Positions 14,277 through 27,801 of a stretch of 64,000 bases of DNA are shown here, in pieces. Source of the DNA: Octopus vulgaris. Its lineage: Eukaryota. The stretch spans positions 4,340,001-4,404,000 of the forward strand of contig OX597826.1 of the NCBI GenBank assembly GCA_951406725.2, read 5' to 3'. The notes under the pieces are model-generated. The model saw only the letters and a list, made by a program, of their open reading frames with translations. It did not search any database and had not been told where the DNA came from. The first letter of the stretch is position 1; each line of letters opens with the position of its first letter. The position numbers were made by a program, and so were the translations under genes.

Positions 14277-14877
14277 GATATATATATATATATAAAACCA
14301 TAACTAAAAATATATAATTGAATTATTTTTACATATACATACACATGTGCGAGCGTATGTATGTGTGTATGTGTCTATATATGAGTGTGTGTGTGTGTGT
14401 GAGACAGAGATTCTGGTTTTGTATATATTACACATATAGAGCGATGGAAAATAGGTGAAAGTGGTGTAGATAGATAATATATTATTCACAGCTTGCATTA
14501 TGAATGCATGTTTTAACATTGTCGTAAATACATATTTAAATACACGCACACACTCGCGCACCATGCATACTCGCTCATACCCAATTGTTTTATTGCGTAT
14601 GTTTACCCATTCCTCAACCATGCAAATGCACGCATACTCAGTGTAAACGACTGAGCTAACTATTTATCAGGCAGTTTCAAGAAATGCTAGAAATAACAGC
14701 TACTCAATCTCCGATATATCACACTCAAAGTCTCTTGAAAAGATATAATTGTTAATATATATATACTTGGATACTCTTTCAGAAACAAGGTATTGGCAAG
14801 ACTTAATTGGCAATGTGTATGTGTGTGTGTGTGTGTTCGTCGTTTCGATCCACTTCTTGGTCCCCTTTTTTTATATT

Positions 14878-14942
<65 letters not shown>

Positions 14943-15180
14943 TACATAACTCAAACACGCACGCACCTTATGGCAAGATGGTAGACCGTTGAATAATGCT
15001 TTGTGTTTTTTTTTTTCCGATACGGGTTCGAATCACACAAAAGTCAAACTTTTCTCTCGTAATTGTAGGCTTTAGTAAATAAAACATCATTACTAGCCTT
15101 CTTCTTCTCCTTCGTCTTCTTCTTCATCTTCTTCTTCTTCTTCTTATTATTATTATTATAATTATTATTATTATTATTAT

Positions 15181-15388
15181 GGTGAGCTGGCAGACTCGTT
15201 AGTGAACCAGGGAAAATGCTTAGCGGCATTTCGTCCGTCCTTATGTTCTGAGTTCAAATTCCGTCGACTTTGCATTTTATTCTTTCGGGTTCGATAAATT
15301 AAGTACCAGTTACGTACTGGGGTCGATGTAATCATCTGTCAACCCCCCCCCCTCAAATTTCGGGCCTTGTACCCATAGTAGAATGGAT

Positions 15389-15390
<2 letters not shown>
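15181..15390 (+). mobile_element. SINE family A, tail type 2, flanked by (ATT)n and (ACT)n
   Basis: GGTGAGCTGGCAGACTCGTTAG...GAGTTCAAATTCC...AAGTACCAG...AAATTTCGGGCCTTGTACCCATAGTAGAATGG. Confidence 0.85.
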
Positions 15391-15438
<48 letters not shown>

Positions 15439-15704
15439 TTACTATTACTACTACAAAAAACAAAAATAAACCGATTTTGTTGAGGCAGTGAGTGAAATAA
15501 GGTTCACCAATATTAAAATTCCCAAGAAACACCTCTTCGTATGGAGGCTCCCCAACGAATCGAACTGGAGCTCAAACCCGAAAGATATATATATATATGT
15601 GTGTGTATGTATGTATGTGTATACTCATTACATATGCATGACCACACTAGAAATAGATGTACTATATATCTTTTTACTTTATCTACCTAGTGATGCATAT
15701 GCAG

Positions 15705-15824
15705 GTGCAACTGCCAAATCAGCTGCACTCATAAATAGCTATCTTATACAATTACCTGCATCCACCTATCGCTGCGAGCAGGTGTGTGCATTGAAAAAGC
15801 AAGTGACAAATGTTATAAATACAG
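15705..15824 (+). CDS. Candidate 120-nt internal exon (phase 1-1), or alternatively an E-box enhancer
   Basis: Pyrimidine tract 15669-15688, GCAG acceptor (15701-15704), open frame GATAKSAALINSYLIQLPASTYRCEQVCALKKQVTNVINT, and strong donor ACAG|GTGAGC at 15824/15825. Length is divisible by 3. No homology recognised. Confidence 0.22.
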
Positions 15825-16072
15825 GTGAGCACCAGTGAAAGATTATAATTCGGAGTGTTCCAAGATATAACTCTCGGTTTTGCGCCCAAATAGTGGAAGA
15901 TTCGCATAGTTATATCTTTCTCACGATAGATTTTCTAGGCAGTGTTTTCGCACCACTCTCAAACTTTCTCTACATAATACACAGTGGTATAGTAGGGTAC
16001 TACTGCTTTTTTCTTTAGCTTTTAGTGAGTTAATATTTTCTTTTGCTATGCATATAAAAATCATTATGTACA

Positions 16073-16117
<45 letters not shown>

Positions 16118-16118
16118 G

Positions 16119-16238
16119 GCCTGCTCGCTTAGCCAGCGGGGTGGCGTCATTTGAAGGCTAAAACAATGCGAAAGGCATTGTGACCAGCGATATGTAGCGA
16201 CATCTGATAACCTGGTCGGTCTTGGTGATCATGGTGAT
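16119..16238 (+). mobile_element. Short GC-rich retroelement-like 3' fragment inserted in a (TA)n tract
   Basis: A 120-bp complex island with (TA)n on both sides, ending in a short tandem GGTGATCATGGTGAT. There is only one copy in the window, so the identity is inferred. Confidence 0.45.
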
Positions 16239-16312
16239 ATATATATATATATATATGTATGTAATATGTGTGTTTGAATATACATTTATGTGGGTGCACG
16301 TGTTTGTACTTA

Positions 16313-16354
<42 letters not shown>

Positions 16355-17235
16355 GCATGTGTGTTTGTATATACATTATATATATATATATATATATATA
16401 TATGCGTGCATGTTTGTATACACGCATATATATGTGTGAGTGTGTGTGTGTGGATATATTGTATATACGTATATATGCGTGTGAGGATAGAATATGTATA
16501 TGTGTGTGTGTTTACATACACACTCACACTCACACACACACACACGCGCTTATAACTGAATAAGCGTGTACAACTTTTCACTCAGGCACCTTATCGAGAC
16601 TTGCTGGGAATCGTGTGTAGTCATCAATACACAGCGCAGCTGAGATACACATCACTATACACACACGCACATTGTATATCACCAATACTGTGCACACTTG
16701 TATCAATACTCTCTCTCTCTCTCTCTCTCTACATGTATATATTATATGCATACGCGTGCGCGTATACTCACATCAAGTCACTTTCTCTTTAGATATCTGA
16801 TTATGAACACCCTCGCTCTGATTAACACATATCAATGCATGTATATATCTTATAACTCGAACACACGGGGATAATTCAACCATAAATACTTTTTTAATCG
16901 TTTCTATATACACTCACACTCGAACATTGTGTGTGTGTGATAGAGAGAGAGTATGTGTGTAAATTTATTTGATATTGTATATGAAAACAATTTTAAACTA
17001 AGCTGAAAGATTGATCACTTGATAATTTTTTTAGAGAAGTACATGATTATAAATACTTTACATGAAAACTGGTGACAGTGACTTCGAAGATACCAACTGT
17101 GTGAGGACGATTCGTAAACCGAAACTTCGAACTCACTATCAATGTTTTCCTTGTAACACATATACACACAAATATATTCCGATAGTATATATGGAATTAT
17201 ACTCGTCCTATCACTCACACACGCACACTTTATAA

Positions 17236-17271
<36 letters not shown>

Positions 17272-20200
17272 CTTTATCGTGGGAGCCGCTTTGTGTGATA
17301 ACTTGGGGACGAAGCCTTTACGATAACAATAACTGATTGATAACATTATCCGCGGTTATGATAAGTAGATTCCATTGTATTTATGTGCGTGTCTGTTTTT
17401 TTATGTCTGTTTGCGACAGTATGTGTATATGAGTGTAGGTGCGTGTGTGCGCGCATCAATAACTCTAACAGTGTATATCCATTTATATATCATACCCACA
17501 CATGCACAAAGACATGTCTGTGTTGCGCACATAGGTAGGAGAAGATACTGACTTTACTGGATAATATATATATATGTGCGTCTACATAAATATAGTGTAT
17601 AAACTTTATACGTATATATGTATTCCCGTTTATCGATTTCCGATACATACACATATATACGCTGTTAAATACCATTTCGAATATATATGTATATCTATAT
17701 ATCCTTATATACATACGTGCGTGTATATGTGCAGGCACCCATATGCATTAAATATACATTGCTATATTTTCTGTCACGCTATGCAAAATAGAATATCGTT
17801 GAGGAATTAATGTAAACCGATGTTCTTTGCAAAGAGGAAAAATACAGGATGGTCACAGATGGACCGATTATAATTTCAAACACACACACACACACACGCA
17901 TACATACACACAAACAATATCGGTTATAATGCCTTGCGATATTTGCTCCGGATCTTTATACACCGAGTTCAAATCCCGTTGAATCAAAGTACCAGTCAAA
18001 TACTAGAATCAATGATATCGATTTCCTTATTCTTTCAAAATCCCTGGTCTAGTGCCTAAACCAAAAACCAATACGATTACAATCAATTACAGGCGGTTAG
18101 TTGGCAGAGTTGTCAGAGTATCGAAAAAAAAAATATACTGTAAATATTTCAGCGCTTTTTATTCTGAGTTCAAATCTTGCCACAGCATGTAAAGCATTTC
18201 GTCAATTCGGAAGTTCATATAAAGAAACGCTATCTGCCGTATAAATAGTAATCATCTCCTAATTTAAGTTATAAAACGAATAGGGTATAATGGAGTTCCA
18301 GATCCGCGGCTGTTTAGCCCCGTGTTAGACTTGTTTTATAAAAAAAAAAAAAAAAGAAAACAGAAATTCATGGGTCCCCGTTGTTTTCAGCGGTGAGGAG
18401 TACTTATTGAATTATAGTAGGAATTATAATAGTATTCCTCATAGTTGAGACGATTAAAGTATTTTTAAGACAGAATTTCAGTCGTCTATCAGCTGGGCTT
18501 TAATAGTGTCCGTATACCCAGCTTTAGTTACGTGCCTTGGGTTAAACTGAGACTACGGTAAAAAGAAAAAAAACAAAAGAAAACAGCAATATGATCGAAA
18601 CCGGGACCTTATCATTGCGAAGAGAGTCATTTTTTTACGGTCAAATAGAAGTAGATGCGGGCCGTAACTACACACACACAAACAATATATATACATATAT
18701 ATATACATATATATAAATGTTTCTAAGTCTCTCTAAAGGAGACTACGGCAGCGGTACTTGATATTAATAGTTATCGCCATATATATATATATATATATAT
18801 ACATACACAGACACACGATAACACAACCACATTTATACATATATACACACATACATGCATACATACACGTACCCAATGTAATTGTGACTGAGCAGACCTA
18901 CGATGAAAGACATTCCTGGTGTGACTACCATACATTTCATTCGGACTTAGTGTATCTTGTGTTACAACAGCCAAAGATTGCTTTCCTTTGTAAAGACGAC
19001 ACGCTATGACAGTTAACTCCAGCTTGTTTCAATGACTGCATGTAGCATCACGCGTTAGGTTGCATGCTGTTTTGTTTCGGTCTTCCATGTTGTGAGTTCA
19101 AATCCCACATGCATAAGTTTGGCTTTTTATCTCTCTGGGATCTATAAAATAATTGGCAGTCAAATTCTGGGATGTAATTTGTCGATGATACAAACCTTTT
19201 CCTTGTGGTCTTAAGCTAACAAAAGAAATCAATATTTTTATTATTGATTTTTTTTTTTCCCATATCTTAGCGACAGGGTTAAGATTACGGCTCCTTCGCA
19301 TTTTAAACCGGTTTCGATTCCTGTTTGAACCACTTTTGGTTTATATACAATACTCTAAAACACTGGGGAAATCACTGTTTTGAAAAAGTGTTTAATGCAA
19401 TCTGTTTGCATTACCAATGTTTTTGGGAAATGCATGAGCGCATCACATCAGTCATGGCATGAGAATGTTGCATATGTGGATAGCAATGGATCAAGATGTA
19501 AGGTGCTCATAAACAGTCCAAAATGCGGTTTCGATTCCAACACAGAGCCTCCGAGGAAAGTATTGTCATGTAGAACAAAACTGGTTTCGAGTCTACTGGG
19601 AGAATATCCTCCGAAAATTTCGAGTAGCTATGAGGGTATATTTCTAATCATGTGGTGCTTCCTTTCATAGGCCCCTTGATAGATATTAGCAGACAGAACA
19701 AGACTGTTCTCAGGATGTTGGTCTGCCCGCAATTCATGATATCTGCGATATTTGTCTTTTTAAAGTGAGGTGCCCCTATCACGAAGCCGCTTTTTGGAGC
19801 TCCGGACTCCGGACCAGTCAGTGTACATGCTGAACTATCCTTTTATAGGCCCCGCGTCTGTGTGTTACTACTGCACATTACTGCTGATTTTACACGTGTA
19901 GTGTAAGTCTGGGAGTCTTTATGCTTTCAATCCACTCTCAAATCTTTAGAAAATAACATGAGATAGACACGGCCCAGAGGTTATTGATCATAAACTCTTC
20001 TTGATCAGATCTGACTGAGGTCTAAACAGCAATAACAACAACAACAACAGATGTATATACTATTTAATATGCCAGAGTATAAAAGGCATGAACACACAGA
20101 AGAACATCATGCGATTTCTACCTCCAACTCTGATAAATTGTGTCCTTGGGCATGTGTCTAAATAAAATAACGAAGGAAAGAAACAGTGAAAGCTTGACGG

Positions 20201-20544
20201 GTAAATGGTTTGTACCTGATTCGGTTTCAGAATTACAAAGACAGTAAACATGTCTGTGGAATACTCAACCACTTACTCGATTATTTAAATAATTCAGTTG
20301 ATTAAGCAAATGTGTAGTCACCATCAAAAGAGGCGAAGGATACATTTCTATATAAACAGCTATATGTAGTTTATAATTTGTAAAGGTACTCGGGAGTTAA
20401 TATTTTATGAATACCTGTTTCTTGTAGGTTTCCACTTATCGCCACTTCATATTGTTTAGCCAGCCAAAGAAGGAGCTTACATGCTAACAGTCAAATTACA
20501 CGGTATTGGCTTTAAAAAAAATGGATATACTTTTTAGAGTAAAC

Positions 20545-20843
20545 TGTTCGTTCCTTCTCGAGCCATGCCTGGCTCATAAGGGCCGGTTTCCCGGTTTCTT
20601 GGCGTATAGGTTCCCCACCTGGACGGGATGCCGGTCCGTCGCAGGTGAGCTGCAAGATGCAGGAGGAAAGAGTGAGAGAAAGTTGAGGCGAAAGAATCAG
20701 CAGAAGTTCGCCATTACCTTCTGCCGGAGCCGCGTGGATCTTAGGTGTTTTCGCTCATAAACACACACATCGCCCGGTCTGAGATTCGAACCCGCGATCC
20801 CTCGACCGCGAGTCCACTGCTCTAACAACCAGGCCATGTGCTC
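20545..20843 (-). mobile_element. SINE family C (tRNA-derived), full length
   Basis: Reverse complement GCACATGGCCTGGTTGTTAGAGCAGTGGACTCGCGGTCGAGGGATCGCGGGTTCGAATCTC (A and B boxes); shares CGGACCGGCATCCCGTCCAG...GAAACCGGGAAACCGG with the copies at 21038 and 57158. Confidence 0.88.
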
Positions 20844-21037
20844 GTGTAAATTGAAACCCAATAAAAGTTTTTACTAGTTCTATAGACGAAGTGGGTTTGT
20901 ACGGTTCTGTCCACCAAATTTCGCAGGCAGATGCTATTAGTCAACCCGAAGCTATAATAGACAAGATATTCCTTATGAGATTGATCCTGGGAACAGGTGG
21001 ATGCGAAGCGAGCTTATCAAACATATTTTATTTATTT

Positions 21038-21300
21038 ATGCGCCTTTTTCAAGCCTAGTCAGGCTCATGGGCCCGGTTTCCCGATTTCTATGACGTATGT
21101 GTCCCCCCCCCCCAGCTGGACGGGACGCCAGACCATCGCAGCATTACTCAAGAAACGGGAAGAAATAGTGAGAGAAAGTTGGGGTGATAGAGTACAGCAG
21201 GGGTCGCCACCACCTCCTGCCGGAGCCTCGTGGAGCTTTAGGTGTTTTCGCTCAATAAACACACACAACGCCCGGTCTAGGAATCGAAACCGCGATCCTC
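21038..21300 (-). mobile_element. SINE family C, 5'-truncated subfamily variant
   Basis: TTAGGTGTTTTCGCTCAATAAACACACAC and CTGGACGGGACGCC are shared with the 20545 copy; the tail TGCGCCTTTTTCAAGCCTAG is shared with the 57158 copy. Confidence 0.85.
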
Positions 21301-22819
21301 AAATGATCTTGTAAAAGTCTTGAAATTTGCAGCACCGTATATCAACACTTTGCTTTAAAATTCAGAAATTTTAAGTATTTAAAAAAAAAAAAATTTTTTT
21401 TAATAAAAAATTATACAATGATGATAAATTCATTCTACGCCTACGAGTAGAAATTGCGATCAGGTTTCAATTCTGGTGGGGACGCAAACACATCTAACAT
21501 AGCGTCACCCATACCATTGCCAAAAGCCGAACCATGACATCTCGGTTTTTCACTCTTAAATTCGAAGATTGAATCTAGAGAACATGTTTCGAGTTTCAAT
21601 AAAAGATGTCTATTCAATTCCCTTAACATATCTCTATGAAATTATGGCAAATTTTGTGAAAATAATTTCCCATATGTCACACTTATCTTGTAGAAAGATA
21701 TGTAAGACACAGCATATCATTTTCATAAACATCGGTAGTTCCTAAACTTGTTGAAACGTGCAACACTTATATAACTTAACAAAAATTGTGGACAAACACA
21801 CAACATTGAATGAAATTGCTTTAAGGAAAGCATTTAACTATGAAAAGAAAACAATATATAAACATCACTCTAAAATAATAAACACCATTTTTAAAGATAG
21901 TTTTAAAAAAATTTTTAAGAGACTCTTTAATTTGCTGATCTCTGAATATTTTCGTACTACCATAGAGTGTCACGAAACCCACTTTTCAGAAACACTAATA
22001 CGCATTTTAGACATGTCTAGTATACCTGCCTTAAAACAAAATATACTCTCTGGACTCAGAGTTTATCGCTAGAATTTTGGTATAGATATTACATTTCTTT
22101 TTAAAATTTGGTTTGACAGTTCATGCTTGTAGATTAACTATGCAGCAAAATAAGCACAGGTTTTGGTCATGAAGGGTGGAAGGCCCCTTCCGTGAGAAGA
22201 ATCACAGACTTTGTTAGTTTATCTGAGATTTTATAAAAGATGAAGACACTTTAAAATAATCTTTCCAAAATATAGTGAATTCATATAATTGTGTTTACTG
22301 TGGATGTTAATAGATAAAGCCTGGCACAGCCGCTTAATGATAGAGTTGGGTTTAAGCTGAGGGAATGGCCTGGAAGAAAACTGAATATTTATCTCACTTT
22401 ACATTCAGCACTTGGGTCTTCATGCCGTGACAGAAATTCAATGAAAAGGTAGATGGGGTGCTGTAGTTGCTTTGTTCTTAGAGTATCAGTTGGCCTTAAA
22501 CTGATTCTCCAAGTTGCAGGGTTGATGAAATATGTAGTTTTCAAACATGAGAGCGGTTCATTTAAAAACCAGTGTCCTTCTACCAAGTTACATAGACCAC
22601 TGCGAGTGTAAGGAGATCGGCGAAGTGGGAGAACATTTATTTACGGTGCTTCGTATTAAGTTAAAATATCACACGGTCATGGGCTTTGCGTGTCGGTCTA
22701 CCTCTGTCCTTTATGGATACCAACGATACCAAATAAACCCTCTATGTGTGCCTGTAATAAGTAATAAAAAAAAAGCAACGATACCAAACAAAATTTTGTT
22801 TCTTTTTACCTCTTATTAA

Positions 22820-23038
22820 GGCGGCGAGCTGGCAGAAACGTTAGCATGCCGGGCGAAATGCGTAGCCATATTTCGACTGCCGTTACGTTCTGAGTTCAAA
22901 TTCCGCCGAGGCCGACTTTGCCTTTTATCCTTTCGGAATCGATTCAATAAGTACCAGTTACGCACTGGGGTCGATGTAATTGACTTGATCCCTTTGTTTG
23001 TCCTCTGTGTTTAGCCCCTTGTGGGCAGTAAAGAAATA
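22820..23038 (+). mobile_element. SINE family A, tail type 1, with 14-bp TSD
   Basis: Full head GGCGGCGAGCTGGCAGAAACG; TTTTTACCTCTTAT duplicated at 22803-22816 and 23039-23052. Confidence 0.93.
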
Positions 23039-23721
23039 TTTTTACCTCTTATCACCGTCGATTAGGAATGATATTCTTAATCACCAGAGCTGAGTGAAGG
23101 CACCCGAAAACGGACTGTCTCCCGGCATGACACGTACTAGGGATCACCACGTAATATTTTGGGTATATTCAAAGAACTTAAAACAAAAGTATGAAAAATA
23201 ATAAATTAAAACATTTTACTCGTAAGTTTAATAAACTGTAATAGACATTTTATTTCAGCATTTGTTTATTTATTGTCATTCTTTAAACATCATACACGTA
23301 AGGGTACCGAAATTCAGCTTGTTCATAGCCCCTAGAATCCAAGGCCCAAACCTTCTTAATCCTTACATTTTCTAACTGCGCTAAATATCCGCAACCTGAA
23401 GAACTCACGAATACTACGCAGTCTTATTTTCTTCCCACTTTCGACATAGACAAAAGACCTTGAACCTATTATCGAAAAAATCAATAATCTATGATTCACA
23501 AACAGAAGCAACGAACGATGTAGCGCTAAATATCATCAGCTGATGGGTCAGAGTTAGCAACACCGTTTGCACTGAATAACTAACTATATGGAAGTTAACG
23601 ACACCGGTTTTTTTTTCTCTCGTACCTACTAAAGAAGACTACCCACTTCCCTTGTACACCGTTAACACAAACTATGGGGTCAAACATAGCTACACAGTTT
23701 CGGTTTGACCCGTTGAAGATC

Positions 23722-24060
23722 CCGGACGTTCACAAACCATTTTTAATCCATGGACCCTTTTGATTACTACTTTATTCAGGTGGAACCCCATAGCCATCCG
23801 ATGTTTAAAACCTGGTTCTACAGCAACTTCCACTTTTGTTTTTCACACATTGACTTGGGAAGGTTGAACTATGTAAAATGCTAGAAGAAACCCAGCTGTT
23901 TCTTGCAATACATACCAATACATACATCTAAAGCAAAATTCTTTCATGGGGCCCTTAAAATAGTATTACGCATGCCTAATTTAATATTTTCCTGCGTCAA
24001 CACCCAAAAAATCTTATATGGAGCTTCAGTGGCCATAAGGACCCCGATTGCGAGGCACTG
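23722..24060. mobile_element. Decayed hAT (Charlie/MER-like) non-autonomous element
   Basis: Degenerate termini CCGGACGTTCACAAACC...GATTGCGAGGCACTG and subterminal GGACCCC/GGAACCCC motifs typical of Charlie-type MITEs; no clear TSD. Confidence 0.5.
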
Positions 24061-25835
24061 CTTTACACTGTAAATTCAGTTAGTGGAACGAAGCTAGCGA
24101 AATGGTTTGGTTTTTACCTGACGAAAACTATGTACTTTGTTTTATACAATGGAAGCAACTATTGAGTCAAAGTCGGCTAATTCAGTTAGCGGAAAATTTT
24201 AGTGACATGGCTTGGTTCTACCTGTCGAAGATGATCTATGTTGCTTTATAATTTACTATGCAGCTAGTGGAAAACAATGTAGCCACGCGATTTCTACTTT
24301 ACTTACTGAAGGCGTCTCACTTTTCTTATATATCTCATAATATTCAGTCAGAGAGGTGTGGGCATAAATTCTCATTTCACAACATTGCGAATAAATAAAT
24401 AAATAAAATAATTCGTAAAAAGTCACTTTATACTATAAATCAGGTCAAAAGGTCATCTTATGTATTAGACGAGAGAGGGAAATGAATTATGTATGGTATT
24501 CCTAAGAGCTATAGTAACATGAATAATATGCAGAGAAGTGGAATCAGTAGGGAATTGAAACCGGGTCATAACTATGACTTCTTTGACAACTTACTTGTTC
24601 TAAGATGTAGGTTAAAATTATGTAAACATACATGAAATCAATAATAGCAACTAACTGCGTCCTCTGGAAATTTCACGGCTCAGAAGTTTTCATATTTCTC
24701 ATTTCTTGTATAAATTTATAGTCCATAAATTTATTATATAAATCATTGTTATTTATAATATACAGCTTTGCATAGTTTCATTTCATGGATGTTTATTTTA
24801 TTTTTAATACTTTTCATTTGTTTCCACATTGAAGACTGTTTAAGGCGTATCCATCCAGCATTCAAACAATCTTTGTTTTTAAATTTTACTTATGATTTCG
24901 ATTCTATCTTATATAAATTACCAAAAATTGCAGACAAGAGTAGCTAAGGCCTAAACATCTTTCACTGTGTTAAAATTTTCGTTTAAATATAATATTGTTA
25001 TTATATATGAGTTATTTCAAACGTAACATTCGAACACATGTTTGAGGGTAACATCAACAAAAATTAATTATATTATAGAAGATGGAGTGAAATAACGTCG
25101 TGTTACAAATCTGATGAGTATAAAATATGTACTATGATTAGCATAATACCAGTTAGGTATTGGGGTACTGTTCTCGAAAACTGCGTCATAGTATTTGCTG
25201 AGGCTCTGGTATATTCTTCGCATTAACGCTTGCAAACTTGATTTTGGTATTCAACTTCTAGTGAAGTCGCAGAGGAGCCGTTGAGATTTAATTTCAGCCC
25301 CAAAACGCACGGTATGTTGGTCAAGTGTCCGAAATCATAGTTCGGTTTCACCATTGTTTGCTTTGCGTGTGTAATTTCGCAAACAATAACTCTGATGAAG
25401 ATAGTCCGGTGAATGAGTGGCTGAAATCGGTATAAGAACAAAAGAGAAACACGTATATATGCATCCAGATGAAACTAGCGAAGGCCTGTGTGTGTGTGTG
25501 TATAGAGGTGCGCGCATGTGCGATAGTCTCCCTCGATGTATATCAGCGAAACATGTACAAATCGATGAGAAACCGGTGTAAAGTGAAAGAAGTCCACTGA
25601 TTTGCAATCGGTCTCCCGTCACTCTTACTGTCCGATATGCAGTAAAAGAGTGACTGACTTATGGAAAGCCGTGTCCGATGACGCTGCTTTTAAAAACCTG
25701 AAGTATATAATAATAAAGATGTGTGTGTGTGAATATATATGCATGTGCGTATATGTAACTATACGCACATTTATATATAGGTTTAAACGTTCGTGTAAAC
25801 GCGCGCGTGTGTGTGTATATATATATATATATATA

Positions 25836-26206
25836 TTCTTTTACTTGTTTCAGTCATTTGACTGTGGCCATGCTGAAGTACCGGCTTTTTAGTCGAAGAA
25901 ATCGACCCCAGGATTTATTTTTTGTAAGCCTGGTAGTTATTCTATTGGTTGTATTTTTGCTGAACCGCTAAGTTACGGGGACGTAAATACACCAAAATTT
26001 GTTGTCAAGCGATGGTGGTGGTGGTGGGAACGCACACACACACACACATATATATATACGACGTGCTTCTTTTCAATTTCCATCTAACGAATCCACTCAC
26101 AAGGCTTTGGTTGGTCCGGGGATATAGTAGAATATACTTGCCCAAGATGCCACGCAGATGGACCGAACCCGTGACCAGATGGTTGGGAAGCAAGCTTCTT
26201 TCCACA
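25836..26206 (-). mobile_element. SINE family B
   Basis: TTCTTTTACTTGTTTCAGTCATTTGACTGTGGCCATGCTG...CTTGCCCAAGATGCCACGCAG is the reverse complement of family B, including the internal microsatellite. Confidence 0.9.
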
Positions 26207-26566
26207 TACACACACATACACACACACACACACATACACACACACACACACACACACGCACATACCTGTATTTCTGAAGAGATATACATTTTAACATTTC
26301 TTTAAATTATCTTATGGGAAGATCGCGGTAATACACACTTACATACAAAAGGTATATTTATATAGATACACATTTAGCTATATACCCATATATATTTCTT
26401 AATTATACAATCAATACTTGTGTCCAGGTATATATATATAAATAGTTGTGGGTGTATATAATATAATTTTAGCAGGAATATATATCTGGAGCATTGTGGT
26501 ATATACATGGATGCTTGAAAGTAAAGTAGCGTTGTGCATACGTATGCATATTCGCATATATGTATG

Positions 26567-26597
<31 letters not shown>

Positions 26598-26733
26598 TGA
26601 TTGATTGATTGATTGGTAGTATTTATATATCACGGATTATATATACGCTTATCGTTATCAAAATGGTTTCATTCTCAAGTGTCGCGATGAATGAGTGTGT
26701 ACGCGTAGATTTATACACGCACAAACACAAACA

Positions 26734-26789
<56 letters not shown>

Positions 26790-26802
26790 AACTCGTGTAT
26801 AT

Positions 26803-26967
26803 TGGTACGGGCGCGGCTGTGTCGTAATAAATTTCCTTTGCAACCACATGGTTCCGGGTTCAATCTTACTGCGTGTTAATTTGAGCAAAAATATTTTCTA
26901 TCATAGCCTCGGGCCGTCCAAAGCTTTGTTACTGTATTGGGTAGACGGAAACTGAAAGAGGCCTATC

Positions 26968-27006
<39 letters not shown>

Positions 27007-27155
27007 CCGAGTTTAGGTGTGTGTGTGTGTGTGTTTGTCCCCACTGCTAGCGTAACATAGCGTTTCGGCAAAGCAGACCAGCAGAAAAAGGACCACGCTT
27101 AAAATAAAAAATGTCTGGGGTCGATTTGCTCGGCCAAAATTCGTCAAGGTTGTCT
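26803..27155 (+). mobile_element. SINE family B, diverged
   Basis: CAACCACATGGTTCCGGGTTCAATC...ATAGCCTCGGGCCG...GTAGACGGAAACTGAAAG...CTGGGGTCGATTTGCTCG. Confidence 0.8.
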
Positions 27156-27169
27156 ACACACACACACAC

Positions 27170-27225
<56 letters not shown>

Positions 27226-27580
27226 GGGTGATGAGTATAACTTATTAGAGAGAGAGAAAGAAAAACGAAGGTGGGGGTGTAAGAGAAAAATTATTAAAAC
27301 GTTTAAAACAGATCTTTTAAGAAGATGGATCGAAAATTGACAGATAGACAGAAGAACAGACGGGGTGGGGAAGTGGAATTTAAGAATGGACAGAAGAGTG
27401 TAACGAAGAGGTAGGATGAATAAAGAATAGTATATTGAGAGAAATGGAGAGTCGAAGATAAAATTTGATTGAGAATTGGCAATAATTAATACATTTTATA
27501 GAAATTATTCATTCACTAGTCACTCCTTCTTCCTTTCTTTTTTAAATAGTAGATTGTGTTTTCGCTTCTCTTTAGAGAAT

Positions 27581-27734
<154 letters not shown>

Positions 27735-27801
27735 GTGTGCGTGTGTATAAACAGTACAATCATCTTTGTGCATGCGCGTGTGTATATACACACGCACACA
27801 T

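Noticed and set aside
21330-22620. Non-repetitive block with short ORFs, considered as a transposase or RT remnant
   Set aside because: I could not find DDE, RT or other diagnostic motifs in the frames I translated.
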